A stretch of 64,000 bases of DNA from contig OZ316775.1 of assembly GCA_973851085.1 (NCBI GenBank), forward strand, positions 7,750,001-7,814,000, read 5' to 3'. The notes under the pieces are model-generated. The model saw nothing but the letters and a program-made list of their open reading frames with translations, was not told where the DNA came from and searched no databases. A program made the translations under genes and the position numbers. Origin of the DNA: Ptychomitrium polyphyllum. Lineage: Eukaryota. Below are positions 1 to 10,518 of the stretch, in pieces (positions within the stretch are counted from its first letter, which is position 1; every line of letters starts with the position of its first letter).

Positions 1-1
1 C

Positions 2-1069
2 GTGTCCATGGACTTCATCACAAGTCTTCCGGAATCACAAGGGCATGATGCCATCTTTGTAATGGTGGATCGCTTTAGCAAGTTGGCGCACATGGTGCCA
101 ACTAGAGGAATTGTAACCGCAAAGCTATTCCTTGATGCATGGTGGAAACATCACGGGTTGCCAAGAGTGATTGTATCGGACCAAGATTCAAAATTCACTA
201 GTGTTTTTTGGAAACATTTCTTTAGGAAAGTTGGAACCAAATTGACTTTTAGCACTGCCTTCCATCCTCAAACGGAACGAGTGAACGGAGTCTTGAACCA
301 ATACTTGAGGAACTTTGTGAGTGCGGACCAGTGCAATTAGGTGGATTATGTAAGCCTAGCGGAGTTCAGTTACAATGCAGCCAATCATTTGGCGACAAAG
401 CAGTCGCCATTTAAGGTGGCCTATGGAGTGGAGCCATTCCAGCCTGCCAACTTAGCTCTCAAAGGTGCACATTCAACACTAGAGTTTAACCAAGATTGTG
501 AGGACTTGGCCAAAAAGCGAGAACATATGTTAGAGAAGACCAAGCTTTTGTTGGAAAAGGCACAAAAGCGGTACGAGAAACAAGTCAATGCCGGAAGACG
601 TGAAGTGGAGTATGAAGTAGGCCAAAAGGTGTTGTTGAATGTGAAGAACTTTAGCCTGCCCGAAGGCCTCACTCCAAAGTTCATGTCCAAGTTTGCGGGG
701 CCGTTTTCCATTGTAAAGCGGGTGTTTAAAGATGTGTACAAGTTGGAGCTACCACCCGAAATCAAAGTGCACCCAACATTTCATGTCTCACTTCTTAAGC
801 CATTCAGAAAGGATACCTTGTGGCCCAATCGCAAGCAAGTGATTTGGCCACCGCTGGAATTGGTGGGCGACTACTAGGAATACAAAGTAGAAGGAATTAT
901 CAAGTGTAGGCACCACAAGAAAATAGGAAAAGAATATTTGGTGAAGTGGAGAGGGTACCATGAAAAGGAAGCAACTTGGGTAGCGGCCAAGGACTTGAGA
1001 AATGCCAATGAAGTGGTGGAACGCTTTGAAAGGGAGAGGAACTCCAACAAAAGACAATGTCAACATTGA
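2..1069 (+). pseudogene. Gypsy pol C-terminus (integrase plus chromodomain) interrupted by in-frame stops
   Basis: One frame with TAG stops at 338-340 and 875-877; continues EYKVEGIIKCR..EYLVKWRGYHEKEATW (chromodomain) to TGA at 1067-1069. Confidence 0.9.
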
Positions 1070-2585
1070 TGAGGACATTAATTTCTTTTAGTAGGAGGAG
1101 AGAGGCTTGTAGCAGTAATTTCTTCACATCATGTATTGGTTCTTTGAGTTATGGCAATAAAGTTCAACTTTTGTGTGTGCAAAGAAAAGTGTATAAAATG
1201 ACGTCCTAGTCTTGTGCTTGTGCTAAGTTGGTAGAAGAGGGGAAATAGACATGTGAAACCAAGCTGGGAAGGCCGAGTAATGGGGACCAAGGCTTGGAAA
1301 GAGGAATGGTTAAAACCGTGAAACTTCTTAGTCTCGGGCTTGTCCGAGCGAAGACAAGGTAATGGCGCGTGCTTATAAAAGCGCCAGTACTATAAACTAA
1401 CAAAAGTTAGTACATGAGAGTCATGAATCCATGTCGCAAAAGAGACAGTGGGATCCAGGTTGGGCGGAACTTGGCATTACCTCCGTGCAATCGAGTTGTG
1501 GAGTTAAAGCCACCTTGGATTTGCAACCAAGACAACTTGGTGGAGAAGTTTCCACCCTAGCCAAGAAGGTAGAGTTAGGGAAGTGTAGCCTAACTAGGGA
1601 GTTTATCCCAAGAGGGTCTCAAAGTAGATAGGTCTAGAGTAGTTTAGGGCCTCAAGAATTTTGTCTAGGGTGCCTAAACAGACCACCACCTAAATGACAC
1701 CTTTGAGACTTTGCCTAAGACTTATGAGTGCATTGTGGGGGTCGCTTCCTGGATGAAACACAATGTTGCACCACTAGAGGATGGCAACTTTAGAATTGGT
1801 GTGCCGACTACAAGTATAGTCGATGAGCGCATCGACTCCATTAAGGTGGAGGTGAGTGTCGCACACCTCTCCATGAGGAGTGCCTGCAATACTAAGGACA
1901 TAAGAGAGACTCCAGAGTGACGTCCGGGACTTGTGGCGCCGATAGTGAGGGAAACCGAGTGGGCCTAGCGTGGAAAAGACCCCTAAGGGGCAGAAACATC
2001 CTTGCCCATGTAGACCGAGGGCCACGAGGAATAAATCATAGGCATTGGAGGAATCATGAAGAGCTGATTCTAGAATGCTAAAGATTGCTTAAATCGGATA
2101 AGGGAGCTAAAAGTTATGGCATCTCAAAGTTGGGGTTGCCAAGGGGCTGTTCTAGACTGTGGCAGCCCTACACAGTGACTGTACTGGACTGGGATAGTCC
2201 AGGGAGGGACTCCTCGGGAGTCTCGAACCTCGGGAGAGGCGTATTTTCCACAGTACTAACTCAAATTGGACGTTTGAGGAGTCTATTGGCATTTATGAGA
2301 AGAGTAGATGACAATAGAGTAGTTGCTCGATACATTTGAGCACCAGACAAGGAAGATATGGCTCCTTGAAGGTCTACAGGGAGTTCCGGAGGCTTCCAAC
2401 CGCTAAGTTCTAAAGGAGATCAGGTGGTCTTCCAAAATTTTGGGTGTGTTAGGGTTCAGCCAGCTACAGAGGGCCAAGGGGCCTGCCGAATCCCACAAAG
2501 AGTACTATAAGGGAGGGCTGGTCCCCTCCCTACTTCCCTAGTGTCCCGGTAGAGACCAAGGATGAGTCCCGGTTGGTGGAGCTAG

Positions 2586-3001
2586 TGTTGGGGCTTCACC
2601 ATGGGGACTCCCACACCATTGTGAACCGGTGAACGACTGGTTTTACAAAGGGAACTAGTGAAATAACAAGGGCACACTTGTTACCACTAAATTGGGATGG
2701 TGTCTTCACATCGGCACTATGATGGCCCGGGGTGATCTTAGGATTATATGGAGATCATGGGTGGTGGTGAGGAGACACCACTAAGTGCAATTAGGCCGTG
2801 TGGAATGGGAGTAACACCAAGTGAGGCCTTGGACATGAATGGAAATCCACACCTAACCATTGGCTATCAATCAATTAGGTGTCTTAAGAGAAATGGTAGA
2901 AAGACTTGAAAAGTGAGAAGGGGGGTTAATCATGTGTTTGTGGGTGTGTACAGGGTTGACGCGCGTGACGCTTGCTAAAGTGCATTACAAGGGTTGCGAC
3001 A
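2586..3001 (+). repeat. Putative 3' LTR (about 416 bp)
   Basis: Begins TGTTG right after the purine-rich tract and ends GCGACA at a sharp switch to AT-rich sequence. The partner LTR is outside the window, so boundaries are unverified. Confidence 0.65.
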
Positions 3002-4490
3002 TTGAATGTGTTTTAAGAAATTACTACAATATACTAGATAATTTTAAAAGGTTCCAAAGACTATGTTGTATAATTTATGTTTGTGACAGCAATATCATTG
3101 AACCTTTGTTCGTTGTGCTATTACTTTTTATTTAAATGGATGTTATTGATGGAATTTAAAAAAAGAATTTGGTAAATTGGCAAGATTTTTTATGCATTCA
3201 TTGATATCATATCTACACCATTTGACCAAATATTCTAATTTTCCATGTTTTATCCATGAGTCAAGTATTTTTTCTACTTAAAATTCATGATGATTGTTAA
3301 TTTTTATCACAAATGGTGGTAGTTGTTTTTTTCCAAGGATAATTCTTTTCTTATAAGCTTCTAAAAGTGAAAAGTGCAAAATTAGATGTACCATTTTTAA
3401 ATAATAGTAGCTCCAAATAATTTGCCATGTAGTTGATATGTTTTTGAATTGTAAATGGTTCCAACTTTACAATAGTCTAACTTACTGCATAGCCTATTGG
3501 CTCCATTATATTGCATCAATAGACCCACATTTTTTCATCAATACAAATGGAAGTTATTTTTTTATTGCATTTATTCCTATTTTGTATAATTTTTAAATTT
3601 TTTCTAATTGAATCTTCACAATTTCTTGAAGCTCTGCCATTTTTATGGCAAATCCTTTTGTTGCTGGGTTTTAAAATTGTAGAGGCTGTAATATATTCAT
3701 CTTTGAGTATTATCCAAAATTGGAGTAGAATGGCGTTTATTGAATGGAAGCATGAATGATATTGTTGTTGGCAAAGTTAACCAATGTCAAGTAAGAAATC
3801 CAATTATTTTATTTATGGTTTATGGTACACTTCATGTATTGCTTGAAGATTTGATTAAATTTTTATGTTTGGCAATTATTATAAAGATGGAAGAAAAAAA
3901 AGAATCTAATATATATCTTAAGGATTTTAAAGAGTGAATTCTAGAACCTTAATATGAATTGTGGCGCCATAATTTGAAATAATACTGTCTAGAAATCCAT
4001 AGTAGTAATAGATATTATTCATTAAAAGTGTAACAGTCTCTTTGTTTATAATTGTCTTTAAGTGAGGTAAAAAATGCGCCATTATAGTCAATTGGTCTAT
4101 CACTATAAAGATGGTATTAAAAAAAGTTGATATTGGAAGATTTGTAATGAAATCTATAGAAATAAACATCTACAATTGCTTTACAATAAATAGTGGTTGA
4201 AAAAGTTTATATTGGCAATGTTAAGAATTTTTTAACTAATAGCATGTACTACACAAGAATAAAAATTTCTTATCAGCCTTCTACAACTAAATATTTTTTA
4301 CTTTGAAGGAATATATAGGCATTCTTCAAACTTAAACTTAGACACATTTTCAAAAATAATATTATAATGATGTTTAATATTAAGAATAAGAGGATATGTG
4401 GTAGGTGCTTTATAAATCTGGTTAAGAATGATGAATGGTTAAGAATGTGGTAATTGTGCAAATGCAAAATCATTCAAGCTTCAAGAGGGT
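3002..4490 (-). mobile_element. Heavily degenerate Gypsy element (integrase/chromodomain remnant plus first ~87 bp of its 3' LTR)
   Basis: Minus-strand ISIDFITNLP..VIDQLTIMAHF (3927-4169); chromodomain remnant KHGKLEYLVKW near 3220-3250; 3002-3088 is the reverse complement of the start of the LTR family seen at 27142 and 33133. Confidence 0.85.
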
Positions 4491-6120
4491 TGCTCATTAT
4501 TGATCATGTAATGATTCTCCCTCTTTTATTACAAGATATGATTATTTCAAAAAAACATCTAACAACCCTTGTTGTATTTGGGTCGAAATGTGATGTGCAT
4601 ATCAAATTGAGTTACACACATAATTTAAGGAGCTTGCCAACAATTTAAATTCCACGCTGACATGAACTATTCAAGGTTCCTATAATCAATATACACAAAA
4701 ATTAAATCCAATGCATCCTTGAGAACTGGCGCCATTATTTAATCATAGATCAACGCCAGTGCCTTATGATTGTCCACTGTAACTCCAGTGGAAACTAGGT
4801 ACGGCCGACGTGCAAAAGAGCCATCTCGTGTGCGCACGGGATTCACCCCGAGGGTGAGATGTTCAACATGGTGTTCGGGGAGCTCGGGGAGGGGAGGATC
4901 AGAAGTAGACAAAGTATTCTGTGTGTGCGAGCTTTCGGGCCTTTCCAGAAGCCCTGGCAATTAGGTTCCGAGAAAAGAAGTTGGTCACCACCGGTGCAGC
5001 TTTCTTCTTTCTTGGCTTCTTCGTTCGGGATTCCAGTCATCTCTCCCCGCGCCTGACTCCATATTATCTCACCCTTGGCCAGGATCCAGGAACACGATCA
5101 GGGTTTCAAATGGCAGACGTTCGCATGGCACGCTGTCTTATAGCCTAGCAGAGTGTTGCTGGCGAGGTATGTGAAGTCGCTGCATTCGGCGGACTCACGT
5201 CAAATGTCATATTACCAGAGATTATGGCTGGCTTCTCCATGTCTTTAGTTTCCGCTGCACGAGAAGCTTCCCCGTTACGGAAAGTTCACGCCTTATTGCG
5301 ATCCACCGTCACAATCTAAACCGCTCCCTGTGACTCCGCACACCCTTGGCATGCATCAATGCAGATAACTGTAAACCACAAACCGAAACAAAAAGCTGGA
5401 TGACTCCGAAAGCATGTCACAAAGACTGTTCCGGCTCTCTCAGCTGAGTTCTGCCCACTGAATGGTATGTTTGGAATCATTCGAAGAGCTTGCGACCATT
5501 GAATGACTGAGATGGTGGATCTGATAGAGCGGGCGGCTGAGAACGAGGGTCCACTACTCATGCGTGAGGTTGTTGAACTGTGCCACACGCCTCAAACACT
5601 CCGACGTCTCGAGTCCGCGACGCCCAGTTCTGGCTCCTTCTTACTTGGTTAAGCAGTGCCTCACAGACCCGTCAGGGTTGCACCAGTCCATGGCGCACTT
5701 GAATGACAGAATGCATCAGCAGCTGGACCAAGATTTGCACTATATGTGAACGCACTGGCCTCAGCACTGCGTACCGTTCAAGTGCAGGATACATGTAAGC
5801 CCAAGCCACACATGGAAAGATGTGCAGCTTGTGGAAACTGGAACGACTGAATGCAAACAAAAATCAGGCAGCGTAATGAATCGCCAGTGAAGCAAACTCT
5901 TCTTGCAAACCACAGAAACCACAAATGCAGAATGACGCCGAGCGTCACTTCAAATCGCAAAATCCCGTATCTTTCACGATCTCACGCTGCCACATTCGCA
6001 AAATCCGCAGCGGCCAAACAAACAACAGGCAATGACCAGTTCATCGACAGTGGCGTTGAACGGACAATGCTCACTGTCGCACCTGCTGCACAGAGTGCAC
6101 ACAGACGGCGGCAAACACCG

Positions 6121-6312
6121 GAAAAGCTGCAAGCTGCTGAAAGTTCTGCATGTTGTGGACTAAAGCGCTCGGCTCAAACGGTTCCAACTTATTCGTGTTC
6201 ACTGCAATCTGATCGATTACAAGAAGCGTACTGCTGGTTGCTTCGACCTCACAAACAGCTATTCACCAGGACTGATCAGCTAGCAAGACTATCTATCAAG
6301 CAAGCACGACGA
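6121..6312. repeat. Left arm core of inverted repeat (192 bp)
   Basis: Reverse complement of 8455-8646 with one mismatch by eye (CTATCAAGC vs CTATCCAGC). Confidence 0.97.
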
Positions 6313-6750
6313 AAGATCTTCCTCGGGCTGCGTAGCTGAGCGACAGCTGTGGTCCAGGACGCCCTTCAAGCCCTGCCGGGAAGGGGATTCGAAGCCTCCC
6401 TGGGCGGAGAGCTGGAGTCCTGCCGGAGGCGGGAGCAGGAAATCCCGAGGGGTGGAGCGTCGCACAAGGGCAAGCCTTTAAGGCTCCCAGGGGCGGGCGG
6501 CTGAAGACCCGAAGCCTTGCGGGGAGTGGGCACAGCTGAAAGCCTCGAACGACCTACACGCGAAACGAAACGCGGTCGAAAATCAGGTCTCGTCGACGAG
6601 AGCAAGCTTCGCCCGTCCATGTTGGTGTGCTGTCCGTCTCGGAGGGCGGGCACAGGTCTCGCGGGCGTGCTATGCGACTGTGGATGGAAAATGCGTGTTT
6701 GGATGGAAGCGTGGTGTGGACGACAGTAGATCCGTCCACAGAATGGGGGT

Positions 6751-6756
6751 TATAAA
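6751..6756 (+). promoter_or_regulatory. Probable TATA box of the repeat-protein gene
   Basis: TATAAA in GC-rich context, ~130 nt upstream of a GTAAG donor at 6883 that can pair with acceptor TGCAG at 7549 (branch-like CTGAT near 7514), giving a 5'-UTR intron. Confidence 0.55.
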
Positions 6757-7567
6757 GGGCAGCGCCCCTGCTCCAGCCGCATCGTTGTTTGCACTCACGG
6801 GTGAAGACGGAGGTGCGGGAGCTCACGCCGCGCCGCGATTCTGGTTTGTCTGCCCTTGGCGACCTGCTTCTGCTAGACTGTGGTAAGGCCCTGCCGACAC
6901 CGCTCTCGCCCTCTTCCTGCTGCATGCAATTGTGCTCCGTGTGCTTTTGCTTGGTGATGTTCAGCGTGATGGTTGGTGGTCGTTTCTTGTGTCATGCTCT
7001 GGTCGAAGTGCGCACGTTGAAATGCTTTGTACAGTTTCAGTCGGTGCATGGGGTGCTTTCGTGTCCCTGGCTGTGTTTGGTTGTAGTTAGAACACCGCTT
7101 TGAATCCTGCAACTCCACGTAAATGCCGAGGACCCGCATGGGCTGCTTTTCGCGGTTCTTCTGGTTTGTAGACATCCTCTTGTGTATGACGTGAATAAGG
7201 AACTCAGGACCAAGCGTGTCGGCGTGTTGTGCGAACGACCAGGCTCTGAAGCGTATGCTGCCGGGGCTCGGAGGGTTAGGCCGGGAGACTAGATTAACTT
7301 TTGGGGATGACGGTGCTGGGGTTGGGTCTCCCAGTTGGTTTAAACGTAAGAGCTGCTCGAGCTTGAAACTGGAACAGTAATCCACAAGCTCGCTAGCGTG
7401 TGCATGCTCTGTCGTCTGCATGTTTCTGGGTTGTACTGCTACGGCTCGAAATGCACGTCTGCTTTTCCAGAGTCCGTCCGGCCTGCGTTTCGCGGTTGCT
7501 CTCAAGAGCCGCACTGATCGATGTGTAGTGTGTGTGCGCGTCGCTGCAGATCAGGCCTTTCTGGGCT

Positions 7568-8287
7568 ATGGAGCGAGTAGCCGTGTTCGCTCTGCCCATG
7601 TGCGTGCTTTTGCTTTTGTCAATTCAGCTCGGTGCTCAAGGCACCCGGATGCCGAGCGCTCGCGTCCAGGGCCAGCTTCCGCCGTGCAAGGATGTCCCAG
7701 GAGGGATCCCCGGGTGGGACTGCTACGACCCTCCCCAGCACCCCCTCCCGCCGTGCGACTTCAAGCACCACAGCCCCGGCATCGACTGCTGGCCCAAGGG
7801 CACTCCTCCTGCCGCCGATGCCACGGGCCCCATCCATGCCACAAGCACCACTCCAGCCGCCGCATCCGACGCTCAGAGCGCTCGCGTGCAGGGCGAGCTG
7901 CCGCCGTGCAAGGATGTTCCAGGAGGGACCCCCGGGTGGGACTGCTTCGATCCTCCCACGCATCCCCTCCCGCCGTGCGACTTCCGTCACCAGCGAGCGG
8001 GCTTCGACTGCTGGCCCCCGAGCCCTCCCGCAGCCAAGGCGACGGGGGCGGCGGACGGTTCAGCCGCTGTTGGTGCGTCGACCTATGCTGTGCAGACCAC
8101 CACTCCTCGCAAAAGCAACGGTCGCGCCGTCCAAGGCGAGCTGCCGCCGTGCAAGGATGTGCCAGGAGGAACCCCCGGGTGGGACTGCTACGACCCTCCC
8201 CAGCATCCCCTCCCGCCCTGCGACTTCAAGCACCACAGCCCCGGGATCGACTGCTGGCCCAAGGACCCACCAGCTGCGCGTCCTTGA
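7568..8287 (+). CDS. Secreted Cys/Pro-rich triple-repeat protein or multi-peptide precursor (239 aa, intronless CDS), family unrecognised
   Basis: ATG at 7568; hydrophobic signal-like MERVAVFALPMCVLLLLSIQLGAQG; three 48-codon repeats with mostly synonymous or conservative differences in this frame; GC-rich third codon positions. Confidence 0.88.
   Translation: MERVAVFALPMCVLLLLSIQLGAQGTRMPSARVQGQLPPCKDVPGGIPGWDCYDPPQHPLPPCDFKHHSPGIDCWPKGTPPAADATGPIHATSTTPAAASDAQSARVQGELPPCKDVPGGTPGWDCFDPPTHPLPPCDFRHQRAGFDCWPPSPPAAKATGAADGSAAVGASTYAVQTTTPRKSNGRAVQGELPPCKDVPGGTPGWDCYDPPQHPLPPCDFKHHSPGIDCWPKDPPAARP
7655..8263 (+). repeat. Three 144-bp coding repeats (7655-7798, 7877-8020, 8120-8263) separated by Ala/Thr-rich spacers
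   Basis: Consensus VQG(E/Q)LPPCKDVPGG(I/T)PGWDC(Y/F)DPP(Q/T)HPLPPCDF(KHHSP/RHQRA)G(I/F)DCWP. Confidence 0.97.
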
Positions 8288-8454
8288 CAAAGGGCGCAGC
8301 AGCACCCTGTGACGCTGAGAGAGGAACCTGTCCTGCTGTATCCTGTCACAGGACTCCGGCGTGCGTTCACAGTGTAGTTAAGGGGCGGGCTTGACTAGTT
8401 GGGTTCGGCGTAATCGTGCAGGCCCAATTTCTCACATGCACCCATCATCGGTTC

Positions 8455-8646
8455 TCGTCGTGCTTGCTGGATAGATAGTCTTGCTAGCTGATCAGTCCTG
8501 GTGAATAGCTGTTTGTGAGGTCGAAGCAACCAGCAGTACGCTTCTTGTAATCGATCAGATTGCAGTGAACACGAATAAGTTGGAACCGTTTGAGCCGAGC
8601 GCTTTAGTCCACAACATGCAGAACTTTCAGCAGCTTGCAGCTTTTC
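8455..8646. repeat. Right arm core of inverted repeat (192 bp), in the presumed 3' UTR of the repeat-protein gene
   Basis: Reverse complement of 6121-6312. Confidence 0.97.
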
Positions 8647-10518
8647 TGTGTACTCGGTGCGATGCTGCCACACAACACATTGCCGCTTCGACGCCATGCT
8701 CGTGAGAACCGGTCAGTGTCTGTTGTTTTGGCCGCTGTAAATAGTGTGAATGTGGCGGCGTGACACCCTGGAAATTTCCGGAACTCACCGATTTAACGAT
8801 GACGACAATGTTCTCTAATTCCGAGCCAAGGCGCACATCTATGTTGGAACGCTGACAAGGTAACCGATGTGCCACACCGGTTTCATGGAAGAAGTGGGGT
8901 GATGGAGAGTAATGTGAGTTAGAAGTGCTCTTCGGTGTTTGATTGTGTGTTAGTCATTTTGTGTGATACATTGCATATGAAAAGCGTAGTGTGTCCCTCC
9001 TTACTGTGTTCTCCGCGGATGTGAGGGCGCGGAGATAAGCTCGAAACCGATCGACTTTCGGCTGCATACACATGTCAATTCGATTGCAGACCGGTGTGTG
9101 CGTGTGCTCACCATGGCACGCAGCTAGGAGCCGCACATAAGAGGATGCAGCCGGGAACAATTGGGCTGGGAGCGCGCTGGCATGTTTCGTTGGTTTCAGT
9201 AGGTGCACAGTTCGTGGGGTTTGCATGCTGTGTGCGGTAACACCGTTAATCCTGCCTGAGCCCGTGAGTCCGCGGTAATATGGCAAGTGATTCTATGGGT
9301 AGCATAGAACTGCAGATTACCTCGTTCATGTGTTGAAAAATCACACAGCATTTCTCTTCAATTTGGTTGATGTTTGTTGCAGGGAGAAGGACGTTGAAGA
9401 GTCCATAAACAGGTCTTAACATACGATCTAAGGAAAAGAAGATGGTCTACACGCATCCAGGATAATAACTACACCACTTATCAGTAGCTCTCTGAGTCTC
9501 CGACGCTGTGGAATCGCAGGAAAGCGCAAACCGGACCTCCGTCGGCAGCTCGGGCAAACGTGCCGATCCATCCGTGACGCCCACATGTACCGCGTTAAAC
9601 ATTCCGGACTCGTACACACAAGCTGAAATAGTAAGGAAGACTTTGTGATAACATGAACACAAATCCGACACAGAGAAAGCACCCGGATGCCTGTCTCCAA
9701 ATCGTCCCCATGTTTTGTCCGCAAGCTCCATCTTTACAATGCTATGCTCATGTTTTCCAGAGGTTCATCGGCGATCCTTTAGCGTGGACATAGTGCTTTT
9801 AGCTTTCTCGAGGTTTGACACAGTAAATGCGAGATAGATCACCCTCATAAGTTCGTACTGTTCAAATGACTATAGCTTCATTCATTTATCGTACTGGATA
9901 TAACGTCCTCACCGAAAACTTTTGTTCTATCTAATATTGTGAGATGAGTTAAGCAATCATACCCATCAAGCATGTTCTAAATGAGATGCGTGTAACTTGT
10001 GAGTCCTCTCCGTCCAGCTCATTTCTCTAAGAGCAAGGCGACTCTTCTAGCCTTCTAGAATCATCAGAAACGTGGGGCTTCACTGCTATATGCTCAGTGC
10101 ATGAAACAGCATGAATGGTCACAAGAACAACATACAAAGTATGCTATTCCTTCATCATCACACCATGCTCATGCCAGATCACATTGCCTGGAAGAATCTA
10201 AAGATATACGAAAGGTTCTTTCTATCAGCTGACATCAATCTACGCTGCTTCAGAGTATCTCGAAAGTATCCCCTCCCTCGAACCCCATCTCCTGAATTCA
10301 AATCGAAGAATCCCCTGGTTGAATGCACGAAAACACATAGTGAGAGTTATGTGCCTTTCTTATCCACCCGGTCTGTCTTTTCTATAACGTAGAGATGTCA
10401 CGGCCACGGTGATAGATATTGGCGGTCCACCGCCACAAATATTGGAAACCCATTTCCTCGCACCCGCTTTGATCGCTCTTGCAACTGCCACACTGTGTTT
10501 TGAGCATTGTTGCATAAT

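Larger units (their letters stand above)
1..3001 (+). mobile_element. 3' part of a Ty3/Gypsy chromovirus LTR retrotransposon (integrase, chromodomain, long 3' region, 3' LTR)
   Basis: Integrase motifs (SMDFITSLP, VDRFSKLAH, FHPQTERVN), GPY/F motif (KFAGPF), chromodomain, then a PPT-like GGTTGGTGGAGCTAG followed by a TG...CA segment. Confidence 0.92.

Noticed and set aside
6366..6653. Minus ORF containing LPLCDAPPLGISC, superficially like the Cys module
   Set aside because: At nucleotide level it aligns with sequence after the stop codon (3' UTR) of the 7568 gene, not with the repeats, and it has no signal peptide.
7420..8394. Overlapping 324-aa and 226-aa ORFs in other frames
   Set aside because: Shadow ORFs of a GC-rich repeat; repeat differences are conservative only in the 7568 frame.
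6121..8646. Pack-MULE/TIR transposon interpretation of the inverted repeat
   Set aside because: No 8-10 bp TSD (CAAACACCG vs TGTGTACTC), and homology continues outside the supposed termini.
5851..8697. ORFs 5851-6339 (+) and 8395-8697 (-) sharing an identical peptide
   Set aside because: The identity just reflects the inverted repeat read antisense to the presumed 3' UTR; no coding signature.
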